DNA of 64,000 nt from Octopus vulgaris (GCA_951406725.2 OX597823.1:86862001-86926000); one strand, 5' to 3'; numbered from the stretch's first letter, positions 26,357-40,796 are shown. Translations and numbers: made by a program. The notes: generated by a model not told the origin, from the sequence alone.

Positions 26357-26456
26357 TTCTGTCATTATCAGCTTCTTATCCTCTACATAGATCAAGAAAC
26401 ATCGACATAGATGTTACTTGAACTGTGTAGAGGTTCAGAAACTGATAATGACAGAA
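26357..26456. other. 100-nt bulge-free hairpin (47-bp arms, 6-nt loop)
   Basis: Arms 26357-26403 and 26410-26456 are reverse complements at 41 of 47 positions. Confidence 0.9.
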
Positions 26457-26785
26457 AATCAGGGAAACTTACCTTAGCGAATCAGAGAACCTAAGCTCAG
26501 AGACATCCTGTCCTGCTCCCAAAGAGGGGACAACCGATTGTTTGCCAACAAATAACTCACTCAAACGTTCCAGCCACTGATGCAAAGACACGCTGCCTCA
26601 CCTCTCTCTATCTTTCTGTCACTCTATCTTTTGCATAGCTTTGTTCTCTTCTCTCGGTTCCTTTCCTTAGATACACATAAAGCACTCCTCTCAATCGCAT
26701 TCGTCAATATTTTGGTGTCTCAGCTCCTGGCGCCAAAATCCTAATGAAATGACATGCCAGCCATTCTTCTTTTGTTCTCTTTCAT

Positions 26786-26847
<62 letters not shown>

Positions 26848-27271
26848 TCTTGCAGTTGTGAATTTCCAAGTGCTTAAACGGAGTGATAGCAGTATCCAGC
26901 AGGCAGGCCCCGAGAGGTAGAGGCTCAGATCCATGGCCCTTTTATCCAGACTTCGCAAACAATATATTCACACACACGCATATACATATTTATATTATAT
27001 ACATATATACATATATATTATGTGTGTGTGTGTGTGGGTGTATATATATATATATATGTATGTATATATGTATATATTTATATGTATGTAGGTACATGTA
27101 TATGCATATCCATGCACATAAAAAAGTACATATACATGTGTGTGTGCGTGGGTGTACAGTGGGAAGTGGGAAGAATGAGAGAGAGAAAGGGAGGAAGAAA
27201 GAAAGTCATAGACAGGCAGATAGACAAACAGACAGACAAGCAGACCGACAGAGAGCCAGACAGACAGAAAC

Positions 27272-27307
<36 letters not shown>

Positions 27308-27312
27308 TTAGT

Positions 27313-27380
<68 letters not shown>

Positions 27381-28420
27381 CAGATAGGTGATAATTCGAT
27401 ACTATCTTATTTGGAATGGTCTCTTTTGCTGACATTCATATGAAATGTTAAAATAGAAATTAAACTGAAGGACTCCACACATCTACACATTTATACACGC
27501 ATATAATCGAAGCATATAACTTGATATCTATGCATCAATAACTAATTAAAATATTCAATCGTAAACAAAATCAATATTTTAAAGATATATATTTATTCAT
27601 TTATATGATATCAACTTCGTATACACTTAAGGAAAAGTTAATCTAGAGACTATTTCTACTTTCCGGAATCGCTGATTACTGAAATGTAATTTAGCCAGTA
27701 TTGCTTTCGCTTATAAACACTAAATAAACTAAATAAAAAAGAAAGGCAACGAATTTCATGGACATATTGTTAAGTATGAACAACGGGACAAAATTGCAAG
27801 TTCAGGACGTTACAGAATGCGGGAACATGTGATATTCAAGCGTTGAATTAATGATACCAAACACCAGATATCTAATGACAGATACCCGTGATGAAGTATC
27901 CATCTTTGAGAGCGGAAAATAAAACTCGAACAGAAATTGATTTTGAGGTGAAAAAAAATTTAGCAATAAAAAATGTGTTTTTTTTTTTATATATTTTGTG
28001 AAATTACAGAAACAGCGGGAAAAAGAAAATAATAATAATAATTTAATTTGGATTTTTTAATTGATTTATAATCTTATATCTACTTTATCTTTCACCATCT
28101 AGTTGACTTGTGTTAATATAGTCTTTTAGAAACATAATATAAATTATGATTAGCTGAAATACTTCGAAAAAATCGAAATTTAAAAAAGAAAATACGCACG
28201 AAGTATTCAATATTCTTAGATATGATGTAGTTTACACGATATGTTTGTGAATGTATAAATATTCATTCGGTGTTATTTCGTGAGTATCACATTTCTTTAT
28301 ACACACCGTATTAATAAATACTAACAGAAAACATCAATAGTAAACATGAAATGGTAGTCATATGTTCAATATTCTTAGATGTAATAAAGTGTTCGCGATA
28401 TGTGTTTGTATATATGTGTT

Positions 28421-28507
<87 letters not shown>

Positions 28508-28650
28508 TTATGTATGAATGTATCTATGTATTTATAAAACTTCATACGCTGTTATTTCGTGTAAATTATATTTTCCTATACACACTATAATAATACAATC
28601 AAATACTTGAAATTGTTCAATATTCTTAGATCTAATAAAGTGTACGTGAC

Positions 28651-28746
<96 letters not shown>

Positions 28747-28764
28747 ATGCATGCATGCAAGTAT

Positions 28765-29052
28765 ACTCTTTACTCTCTTTTACTTGTTTCAGTCATTTAA
28801 CTGCGGCTATGCTGGAGCAACGCATTTGGTCGAGCAAATAGATGCCAGGACTTATTCTTTGGAAGCCTAGTACTTATTCTATTAGTTTGTTTTGCCGAGC
28901 CGCTAAGTTACGGGGACGTAAACATACGATCGGTTGTCAAGCGATGTTGGGAGGACAAATACAGACACACAAATATATACACACACTCATACATATATAC
29001 ATACATACATATATACATACATACATACATATATACATATATACATACATAT

Positions 29053-29111
<59 letters not shown>

Positions 29112-29309
29112 ACCTCGTGAAGACCTCTTCCATTTTTTTCCCTCTGTCCTCCCACCTCAGGATCTTTCTTTCTCCTATGTTTCCGACGAAGAGCTCCGCT
29201 CGAAACGTCATACCCTCCTTCTTCCCTTCTTTCCTGAGCGCCCAATAATACTTTATTTGTTCCACATTCTCGCGTTGTTGTCTTTTTGTTCTCTTGTTTG
29301 GATTAACTT

Positions 29310-29353
<44 letters not shown>

Positions 29354-29518
29354 TCAACGAGCTTCTTTCCGTTTCCATCTATCAAATTCACTCAGAAGGC
29401 TTTGGTCGGCCTGAGGCTATAGTAGAAGACACTTGCCCAAGGTGCCACGCAGTGGGACTGAACCCGAAACTATGTGGTTGGTAAGCAAGCTACTTACCAC
29501 ACAGTCACTCCTGCGCCT
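28765..29518 (-). mobile_element. SINE family B with a nested Penelope-like fragment (29109-29311)
   Basis: Tail at 28765-28975 and head at 29355-29518 flank an expanded microsatellite containing the E2 fragment. Confidence 0.9.
29109..29311 (+). mobile_element. Penelope-like terminal repeat fragment with a hammerhead-like motif (E2)
   Basis: GTTT-CCGACGA-A-GAGC-TCC-GCTC-GAAACGTC-ATAC; embedded in (TA)n; homologue at 30352. Confidence 0.65.
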
Positions 29519-30287
29519 ATGTATGTATGTATGTATAAAAATTCATACGCTGTTATTTCGTGTATAAATTATATGTTCTTATACACACCGCAATAATTAA
29601 TACCCACAAACTCAAAAGCATGAAATTGTTCAATATTATAAAATATAATAAAGTGTACGTGATATGTGTGTGTATAAACGTTCATATGCTGTCATTTTGT
29701 GTAGATTAGGTTCCATATACACATTGTAATGTCTAATGAAAGAAATATACATATGTGAGACTGTATATATGTTTGTTTTTGTGTGCTCAAGGGATATGGG
29801 ACGGTGTTTGCAAGAAGAGAAGACATATTAAAATATTTTTCTTAAACAAAAGTTATTATTAATTGAATATCGATCTGTTGATAAATATTAGAATAATGCA
29901 TCCAAGTTCTGTCGTGTTCTAAAATACAAAAATACCAAAAAAAAAAAAAGAGAGAGAGAGAGAGAGAGAAAAGAATCCAATATTAATTAGAATGTTATTA
30001 TGTGATATTGCTATTTTCTTAATTCCAAGGCAAGAGAACTTTATTGATTCGAATGGAATTTAATTGTTAATGGCGGAAAAAATAAAACATGGCGTAAAAA
30101 GACGTTGAAAGTCATTTACGCTTAAACCTTGTTTCTGTTTTCTATTAGCTTTGTTTACTTTCATTAATTCACTCTCTGAATTTCCACCTAAAACATTTTT
30201 TCGTAAGCGCATTCATTATAGGGGCAATATTATATTAGTTTTAAAATTTATATACATATATAAACTCGCACGCTCAAATATATATGC

Positions 30288-30321
<34 letters not shown>

Positions 30322-30351
30322 ATATACATATATATTTACATTTACATATAT

Positions 30352-30655
<304 letters not shown>

Positions 30656-30709
30656 CATATATATAGACACACACACATATATATATAGACACACACATAT
30701 ATATATATT

Positions 30710-30900
30710 TACCATGCTGGAACGCTGAAATCTACAAGTTTTTTTTCAGTCTCTAGCTGTATATCTTTTCTTATTCCTTTCTCTTAAAGAGCCTAGGCTC
30801 GAAACGTGAAAGACTTTTCCATTTTCCCGAGCGTCAAACTAATACACATGCTTGTTGTTCATACACTTGATTTTGTCTTTTGTTTTTCTATAAATTTCAT
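30710..30900 (+). mobile_element. Penelope-like terminal repeat fragment (E1)
   Basis: CTTT-CTCTTAA-A-GAGC-CTAG-GCTC-GAAACGTG-AAAG. Confidence 0.55.
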
Positions 30901-32040
30901 ATATATATATATGATATACACACACACACACACATACATATATACATATGCACACATATGGGCATAGATGCATTCATGTATAAATGTGTATATGTATGCG
31001 TACACGATATGTATTGTTTTGAAAAACAAAAACAACCCAAAACGAGGAAAAACCTTAAGACTTTCATTTAAAATCTCGTTTTCGAATTAATTTTATCACT
31101 TTATACAACCGTTAGTATACTTGCACGCTTTAGCTTCAGTTATGCACCTTATTTATTCCTACTTAATAAAATAATACAACAGGGTTCCTGTAGGTATTGC
31201 AGTCAATAAGACATAAACATTAAATTAAAGAAAGAAGCTAAATGGCGATTTGTTGAATACAGCGTTAAAATGGAAATTTAGAATGAAATGTCCGATGAAA
31301 CGAAGGGCGAAATTCATAATAGCAAAGGAAATGAAGGAAATATATGTTTCTATAACAGCAATGCCTAAAATTGACACCAGAAACATTTTTAATTCTAGTA
31401 ATTATTGCATCGTCTTTATTTTACACACCCGTACATACACACAAGCACACACATGTATTCACACACGCGCATACACTCAGACACATATATATGCATGAGT
31501 ATGTAGGTATGCATGTATGTATGTATATATGTATGTATATATGACAGGGACTATCTACGTAGGCCCACATTTCTTTGACTGTATCCTCCGGAAGATGGAC
31601 CTTTGCACAAGAAATATAGAATGGATAACAGCATTTCTCTCCGCAATCTTAAGAGCCTTCCTCATTTATTTTTTCATTTATAATTCTACTTACATATACT
31701 GCATATTTGTACTTATGTGTGTGTGAGTGTGCGTGTGTGTGTCTCTGTCTGTGCGTGCTAATATTCATTCTTATATAAATGCGCGTGTGTGTATGTATAC
31801 ATTTCCACAAACCTATCACATAAAGTTGATTCCCTTTCTTTCGTTCACATGTAATGTCATTCGCTCCATCTTTGTAAGTCTTTCTTCAGCTCATCTTTTG
31901 ATAATTTATCATTTCCAATTTAAATAACTGCGAAGAGTGAAAGAGTAGATTTAAAGATTCCCCTGAAGTTTTTGTGGTAACTCTTAATACGGGCAAGTGT
32001 ATGCTCTGTACGAAAGTAGTTTTGTCAATACAGTTTGTGA

Positions 32041-32102
<62 letters not shown>

Positions 32103-32326
32103 GTATGTATGTATCTATGTATACAGGTTTGTGTGTTTTTATTATGTATGGATATATGTGTTGTATTATTCTTGCTCTTATATACATTTGTATATATATA
32201 TATATATACACGCATATACACATAGACATGTACTCACGCATATATATGTATAGATCTATAGAGTGAGCAACCGAAAGAATCTGAATGGTATATACCTAAA
32301 TACATACATACATATACATACATACA

Positions 32327-32362
<36 letters not shown>

Positions 32363-32476
32363 TATATAATATATATATATATATATGCACATATTTAAAT
32401 ATATGTTTGTATTCGTGGCAGACTGCTGGAGTATATTTCTAAATATTACAATATACATACATACATATATACATAC

Positions 32477-32533
<57 letters not shown>

Positions 32534-32744
32534 GAATATGTACAAATCTATATGTTTGAAGCTAAGTCGTTTTTGTTCGATTCAGCTATATTCGCAAACT
32601 ATCTCTTACAAATACGTACTTTTTGAAAAAAGTAAAATGAAATACAATAAAGAATGACATATAAAAATATACATCAAAATAACAAGAAGAAGAAAGAAAT
32701 ATAAAGAATATTTTAAAAACTGATTTGCAAGAAAGAGGCATAAA

Positions 32745-32788
32745 ATAATAACAACAATACAAATAACAACAACAACAACAACAACAAC

Positions 32789-32826
<38 letters not shown>

Positions 32827-32837
32827 TAATAATAATG

Positions 32838-32920
<83 letters not shown>

Positions 32921-32975
32921 TGATGATGATGATGCTGATGATGCTGATGATGCTGATGCTGATGCTGATGATATA
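32745..32975. repeat. Compound (CAA)n/(TAA)n/(GAT)n trinucleotide tract
   Basis: Direct read. Confidence 0.95.
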
Positions 32976-33698
32976 ATACAAAAAGGTGAAGATAGGCAAA
33001 AACCAAAAAAGAAATGTATGATATGTTAAATATATATTTTTTTTTGAAAAGCTGTTTCACACCAGGGTTGCTATTTAGTTTCGTTTCAGATAGTTGCTTG
33101 AAACACAAATAGACCTAAGCTAGCATGCTGGGGTTGACAAGAATGCACGCAAAGGATGAGAGAAAGCAACTGGAAGTGGCGACAGACCGGAACTTGCAAG
33201 CATGCTATGGGCTTGCAATGAATGGCTCAACGGGGAACTTAAAAAAGTCTCCTAAAAGCTCATTCACTTGTTTTATTCTTGAGGGTATGGTTCGATTGTA
33301 TGGCCAAGAATAGTGTCTAATGAAAAAAAGGTTTCTTTTCAAGATAGAGAAAATACGTTCGGCATCAGAATACTTAGTCAGTATTATGTGGCGTAATCCG
33401 GTTGCCGGTCTGGCCGTATTAGCTTACCAAAGACTTGGAATATGGCAAAATAAAGAGTGAAAGAGAAAGACAGCAATAGCTGCCACAAAGAAAAAATGGA
33501 AAAAAAGAAACACTCGCATACACCATAATGAAAAAAAAAATACAAGACACGAAAGTACACACCTTTTCTAGCTCCGTGTTTGGCTCGCTTTATGTTTGTC
33601 TTATGTGACATATATACGTGATTGGGTTTGTACAAATATATGTGTATGTGTATGTATGTATCTATGTATGTATGTATGTGTGTGTCTAAATATATGTA

Positions 33699-33758
<60 letters not shown>

Positions 33759-34036
33759 ATATATATATAAAGATGTCTGTATGTAAATATATATGTAGGT
33801 ACGTAGGTTTTTATGCATGTATGAATAATATATATATACATATATATATATGTGTGTATGTGTGTGTGTGTGTGTTTGTGTGTGTGTTTGTGTCTTTGTG
33901 TGTATGTTTGTGTCTTTGTGTGTGCATGTATATATATATATATATATATATACAGAAATATAAATACACATACGCAAATATTCATATAAATGCATACATG
34001 AACGTTAGCAGACTATATATGTGTGAGTGTGTGTGC

Positions 34037-34110
<74 letters not shown>

Positions 34111-34611
34111 ATGTATATATGTGTGTGTGTGTTCGTTTATGTTTGTACCTTCTAAAAATCTCCCAAATCTCTTTATATAGTCCATTTAACGAACATTGTG
34201 CATCTTGTGTGAAATCCCATATCACATCCACAAAACATTCACGCACGTACCCCCTATACGCTGACACCCATAGACACACATATAGATCTAACGGCATATA
34301 TTTACGTGCGTTTTCATATATACAAATACTCACACATATATCCATATGAGTTGTGTGTATATGCCTACGTATGTCATTGAATACGTTTATGCGTATTCTA
34401 TTCGTAATCCATGCTCCCTTGTATAGCGTATGTCGATATATTACTTTAGATATTTTTCGCTAGATATTTTCTTGAAATACATGTTTACAACTCACAGCAG
34501 ATAGCACGCACCTATACCGAATATACGTATGTATAGGGGGATATCTATAAATATAAATACATATCCATATTCATATTTACAAAAATATATATATATATAT
34601 ATACACACACA

Positions 34612-35230
34612 CACGGAGCTAAAGATTGACCTTGAACACTTCTGTGCATGCGCACTACGTTATAACGTCATAGCTCATTTCTGCTGTTTACAGCAGTGCT
34701 TGGAAAGATGGTGTGTAGTGTGTGGTCGTCGCATTCACCATGACAGTGAAAATACTCATGGCGACATCTGCTCAGAGGCCTCCGCAAAGTTGCAGAAACT
34801 GTATGGAGAGGTGTGTATGAGCCGCACACAATATTGACGAACGTTCTTGGAAACATTCAAACTGCATAACTGAGTGAAGCATCCCAAATGTGCGTACATC
34901 TGTGAGGAGAAATCGTCGAACCCCCATTCATGAGTTCTCAGAGGATATGCAGATTAGTTACGGTTCAGTTCACTCCATTGTCACCGATGATTTGGGTATG
35001 CAATGCATGTCTGCCAAGTCCGTGCCAAAACAGCTTTTAGCTAACCAAGAAGACACTCGGGTTTCAGTTGCTCAAAATCTTCATTGTGTCGAGAAAGATG
35101 AAAACTTTTCGAAAACTTTGCATAGTTACGTCGACCAAAATTTGAACCCCATAACACTAACACACATACAGAGATAAATCAAGCAATTCTCTTAATCTTT
35201 GAAATATTTAACTCGTGAAACAACGATTTA
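34612..35230 (+). pseudogene. Internally deleted mariner transposase remnant (HTH region)
   Basis: GDICSEASAKLQKLYGEVCMSRTQ and VRRNRRTPIHEFSEDMQISYGSVHSIVTDDLGMQCMSAKSVPKQL (WVPHEL-like linker); catalytic domain absent. Confidence 0.8.
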
Positions 35231-35530
35231 TTTTATTTTGATTCAGAGTATTACATGTGTCTTGCTAGAAGCATCCGACGTTTGTTGCACCAGGGATATG
35301 ATTCTTGTGATGGGAATTTGATGAGGTTTGATCCATCAGTTTCAAAGCGTTGGTACAGACGTTTGATGATGTGTATTGAAATAGAAGTAAATAAATACAC
35401 ACGGATACTGATGTATGAGTTTGCAGGTATGTTTGTATATATTAGGTGTGTGAATCGAATGTGAGCATCTGTATAAAGCAATGGCATACTTAACGGCCTC
35501 TGCTTATTCGCTTTCCGTTTTACAGATAGG

Positions 35531-35545
35531 GTGACAATGATGAGG

Positions 35546-35577
<32 letters not shown>

Positions 35578-35700
35578 GATGATGATGATGATGACGATGG
35601 TAATGATGATGATGACGACGGCGACGACGACGATGGTGATAGTGATGATGATGATGATGACGATGATGATGATGACGACGACGACGACGATGATGATGTG
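35531..35700. repeat. (GAT)n/(GAC)n microsatellite
   Basis: Direct read. Confidence 0.95.
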
Positions 35701-36132
35701 TAAAGAGATTAAGCATTAATACATTTTAAAACAGATTTGCTATCATGAATACTCTGACAATACCCGTCCATAATCAAACGAATATATAAAAGCGATTTGC
35801 CTTTTTTATTATTTTTAAGATAATACATTCTGTTTTTTCCGTATTAAAAACAGGTGAGCATTCGTGATAGTTCTATGCGTTGTATTGATGTAAGGAATCT
35901 GACATTTCGGACTCGAGCCTTTGGTCAGAACATGATGCAACGGGAGATGATCATATTGTTGATTTTCGTTGTAGGCAACATGGTATTTTTCTTCCTTGCT
36001 CGAGCTCAGACACTGGAAACAATAGTTCCTTCGTTTTTCACTGTTTCAAAACTTATTCATCTTTTGCACAAAATATACTGTGATCATGAAAATCCCGAAT
36101 TCACTTGAATTATGAACGTCCCCATTTATTCC

Positions 36133-36134
<2 letters not shown>

Positions 36135-36163
<29 letters not shown>

Positions 36164-36523
36164 TGTATGTATGTATGTATGTATGTATGTTGGTAGGTAG
36201 GTAGATAGGTAAGTAGGTAGGTAGGTAGGTAGGTAGGTAGGTAGGTAGGTAGGTAGTTAGGTAGGTAGGCAGGTAGGTAGGCAGGTAGGTAGGCAGGTAG
36301 GTAGGTAGGTAGGTAGGTAGGTAGGTAGGTAAGTTGGTAGGCAGGTAGGTAGGTAGGTAGGTATGTAGGTAGATAGGTGGGTAGGTAGGTAGGTAGGTAG
36401 GTAGGTAGGTAGGTAGGTAGGTAGGTAGGTAGGTAGGTAGTTAGGTAGGTAGGTAAGTTGGTAAGTAGATAGGTAGGTTGGTTGGTAGGTAGGTAGGCAT
36501 GTATGTATGTATGTATATATATG
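36135..36523. repeat. (GTAT)n/(GTAG)n compound microsatellite
   Basis: Direct read. Confidence 0.95.
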
Positions 36524-36846
36524 TACGTGGGGGTACTGAAAATTTCCTGGCTTTGAGTAACAGAAAATATAGGAGGATCCGTTAATTATGATTTTATCTA
36601 ACATATTCCCTTCTCAGGTTCACACGCTTATTGCAGCGGTCCTTCAGTTTGGGCCTCCAAGTAGGCCTTTCCCGATACCCTTAAAGTCAGGAACTTCTCA
36701 GTTCCCGCTCCAAAGTGTCCAGATTTCAAATTCCACCGAGGTAATGTTTTTCTAAGCCCTGCAAAAGGACTCAGAAAGCTGGACTTTCAACTAGGCCTTT
36801 CTCGATAACCTTCAAGTCAAGAAAGTTTTAGCACCCCCTCGAACGT
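36524..36846 (-). mobile_element. Mariner-derived MITE with an internal duplication
   Basis: TACGTGGGGGTACTGAAAATTTCCTGGCTTT left end; the right-end motif occurs twice (AAAGTCAGGAACTTCTCAG and AAGTCAAGAAAGTTTTAGCACCCCCTCG). Confidence 0.75.
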
Positions 36847-36905
36847 AAGTATGTATGCATATATGTAATTATGTATGTATGTATGTATGTATGTATGTAT
36901 GTATG

Positions 36906-36936
<31 letters not shown>

Positions 36937-36941
36937 GTATG

Positions 36942-36972
<31 letters not shown>

Positions 36973-37001
36973 GTATGTATGTATGTATGTATGTAAGTAT
37001 G

Positions 37002-37037
<36 letters not shown>

Positions 37038-37819
37038 AATAAATGCCTAAAAATGTGTGTGCGTGTATATGTCGCACAGAGAAACGAAACCCATTACACT
37101 AATCCCTCACCATATCGTGGTTCACCTGTCGCGGTTCACCTATCACACGTTCAGTACATCGTAGTTCACTTATCGCACACTCAATATATCACGGATTGTT
37201 TCTGGCTATTTTATGTAAATTTATATTGCGGACTGCTCAGAATATTCGGGTTGCTGCAGTCGATAGTTATTTATATTTTTTTAGATTCTAATTATTTCTG
37301 AGGGAGGTTTTGAAACGTTACACGCGCGGTGGACGTGGGATTACTGTATAACGTTACTGCACAACAGAAGTGTTAAGCACACAACCGTGTCTGCAATTAT
37401 ACACACATAGACTTGTGTGCTCATACACTCACATTCACACATCTACACATGGTTTAAACAATGCAGATGGTGCTTAAAAAAACTTAGGCTCCCCTAAAAT
37501 GCAGGTGTAACACTCATACAACCCTAGACCTCCACGCTAACATTTTTTTTTTGTCTTTTAATAATAATAAGAGACGTTTTGTAAAGCTGGCAAAAATATA
37601 ATTTGATTATCATTTACTCCCATTCAAGAAGTAGTCAGTATGTTATAGATATGCATTCTGCCTGACAGTGGTGTTAATATGATATCCATCACTATAATGA
37701 CACAATTTTAAGATAAAGTTTGAAACATGGGCAATAAATAACAATGAAGGAGAACGAAGTATTTCAAATATAAACTGTTAATAATAATAATAATAATAAT
37801 GATAATAATAATAATAATG

Positions 37820-37889
<70 letters not shown>

Positions 37890-37933
37890 TAACAATAATA
37901 ATAATAATAATAATAATGATAATAATAATAATG

Positions 37934-38011
<78 letters not shown>

Positions 38012-38012
<1 letters not shown>

Positions 38013-38738
38013 GACCAAAGCCTCCCCACCAGAAATTACCAAAAACATGTAATGAAAAGAAATATTACAAGTAACTGCAGAATATGTGGAGATGGACAAG
38101 AAACAATAAATCATATTATCTCTAGCTGCCCAGTCCTGGCTAAGAAGGAATATATTCACAGACATGACAGAGTTGGAACCTACATACATTGGAAGCTATG
38201 CCAACATTATGGAATAACAACAGAAAAAAGATGGTATAGGCACACACCAGAAAAGGTCACAGAAAACGAGAAAGCAACCATACTCTGGGATATGCCGATA
38301 CACACAGATAGAGAAATTAAGGCCAACAGACCAGATATAGTTGTCAGAGATCATGAAGAAAAAAATGCTTTCTAATTGATGTATCAATACCGGCAGATGA
38401 CAACGTGTCTCTAAAAGAAATGGAGAAACTCTCAAAATACAAAGACCTGGAAATAGAGGTAACTAGAATGTGGAACCTGAAAACAGAAACAATTCCTATC
38501 ATAGTAGGTGCATTAGGCATGATAAAAAAATATTCAGACAAATACATAACAAAAACACCAGGACTTACAAACACATATAACATACAGAAAATTGCACTAC
38601 TAGGCACTGCACACATCCTACGCAGAACACTTTCCATACAATAACCATCAGAGCATCACAACAAATCACAGCACATACCCAAGGCACACAGAGCTGCGCT
38701 CGGTAGTGAAGTGAAAGCACGCTATAAAAATAAAACTA

Positions 38739-38741
<3 letters not shown>
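38012..38741 (+). mobile_element. 5'-truncated R4/Dong-like non-LTR retrotransposon (restriction-like endonuclease domain) inside (TAA)n
   Basis: CRICGDGQETINHIISSC zinc knuckle, RHD, ANRPDIVV..LIDVSIP (PD..D), EKLSKYKDL; one frameshift in an A-run near 38360; stop at 38644; (TAA)n on both sides. Confidence 0.9.
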
Positions 38742-38780
<39 letters not shown>

Positions 38781-39192
38781 GTAAGTATGACTGTACAGGT
38801 ATAATATTGCAATTTAGTAATTTGATATTTTGTATATTTGCTGGAGAGCTTTATTCTGCAACGGTTTTTATGAGAACAAACAGATTTTATTTTTAAAGAA
38901 AGGTAAAACGTGAAAAGAATGTTCGTCACCTTTTAGTAGAATACGCCTTAATTTCGACAGCCTTAACTTGTAGAATGATGGAAGCAGTCAGTCAATGTTC
39001 TACAGATCCCTTCCTCTACAGACTTACATACATAAACAGATATAGGCATAAACATAGGTGTGTGCTTGTGCGTGCGTATACACATACACGCACCTATGTC
39101 AAAACATGTGTTATTAATGTATTACGAATGTCCACAAAAGGTTATTTTTATTAAGCCTGAAGAAGCCACAAGACTAATTAGCAAACTCAATG

Positions 39193-39279
<87 letters not shown>

Positions 39280-39794
39280 ATAGAGAGAGAGGCATATATA
39301 TATACATTTTATTTCTGGTGAAGGCCGGTTTATGGGGTTTCCCGTGCATATAATGTTTAACTTTATGGCGTAACGTTAGACTTCAAGACCTATTGGCCTA
39401 GGACGTTTTTAAAATACACACACACATATATATATCCACAAATATACACACTCACATATATAAAGATACACACGCATACATACGCGCACACACACAAACA
39501 CACACACGTTTGAGGGAACGAAACAGAAGTGGCACTCAGCAAATATGTTCGGAGTTAGATAAATTATTCGGCAACAGTTCGACTTCGATTCGGCTCCTGA
39601 AGAACTAGATTTGTCTGACGCGCCCACGAATCTAAGTTCCATTGGACTGAATAAAACTGTTATTAAAGTATTCATAAATACATACACAGGCCAACACATA
39701 TATACATACATACAATTTCCTACTATTTACACACACACACATGAACAAACACACACATACACACACACACACAAACACACACACACATATATAC

Positions 39795-39825
<31 letters not shown>

Positions 39826-39884
39826 AAGGGGAAGAGAAACAGAGATAGGGAAAGATAGAGAGGGAGGGAGAGAGAGAGAGAGAG

Positions 39885-40040
39885 AAGGCGGCAAGCTGGC
39901 ACAAACGTCTGTCTTTACGTTCTGAGTTCAAATTCCACCGAGGTCGAACTTGCCTTATTCTTTCAGGGTTGATAAATTAAGTATCAGTTGCGTACTGGGG
40001 TCGATCTAATCGACTGTCCCTACTCCAAAATTTCGGGTCT
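39885..40040 (+). mobile_element. SINE family A with an internal deletion
   Basis: AAGGCGGCAAGCTGGCACAAACG joined to GTCTTTACGTTCTGAGTTCAAATTCC and the core. Confidence 0.85.
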
Positions 40041-40500
40041 AGTGCCTAGAGTAGAAAACGATATATATGTATATATACACACACGCATATATGTTAAGGG
40101 AAGCTCCAAAGATCAAGGTGTAGGAAGTTAGTGAGGCTCAAGTAATCAGTAGATGATATAAAAATTTACTTTCTGGAACAAAAGAGGTTTACTGGCGCAG
40201 AAGGTTTCTTTTCTGTGATGAAGTACGATAAGACGAAAAAATTAAATTTTGTAGTTGATGGTTAGCAACACGCGTTGTTACATATGCGAATAAACCTTCA
40301 AAATTTAGGTGTTGATAAAATCAAGACAACAATATTTCATAGCAAGTACAACTTCAGAAGTAACAAATTATTGAAATGTTGTTGTAGGCCGCACGTTTCT
40401 CTTCAGGCCACCTTAAGTATATGCAGTTTACATTTTCGTTAGGAGATCCTGTGTTAACATATAAATATACATGTATATATATATTTGAACATATATATAC

Positions 40501-40542
<42 letters not shown>

Positions 40543-40579
40543 CACTCACATATATTCATACACTCACTTATATACATAC

Positions 40580-40709
40580 TCTTCTGTTGGCCTGCTCGCT
40601 TAGCCAGCGGGGTGGCGTCATTTGAAGGCTAAAACAATGCGAAGCGCATTGTGACCAGCGATGTGTAGAAACATCTGATAGCCTGGTCGGTCACGGTGAT
40701 CACGGTGAT
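40580..40709 (+). mobile_element. Probable LINE 3' end fragment
   Basis: GC-richer island inside microsatellite, ending in a tandem (CACGGTGAT)2 tail. Confidence 0.4.
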
Positions 40710-40742
40710 ATACATGCATACATACATACATACATACATACA

Positions 40743-40774
<32 letters not shown>

Positions 40775-40796
40775 CATATATAACTGTATACATATA

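Larger units (their letters stand above)
28205..29730. repeat. Degenerate tandem repeat, four units of about 130-160 bp, interrupted by insertions
   Basis: Unit start TTCAATATT(C/A)T..A(G/A)AT at about 28206, 28364, 28615 and 29629; each unit has TTCAT....TGT.ATTT.GTG and TATACACA. Confidence 0.8.

Noticed and set aside
28205-29730. CRISPR-like repeat-spacer pattern
   Set aside because: Units are long, degenerate and irregular, the context is eukaryotic, and there are no cas genes.
33125-33313. 62-aa non-repetitive ORF with a small palindrome TTGCAAGC..GCTTGCAA
   Set aside because: No recognisable homology or convincing exon boundaries; the hairpin is too short.
39590-39645. CTGAAGA followed by a hairpin, as a possible hammerhead
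   Set aside because: No GAAA box after the stem.
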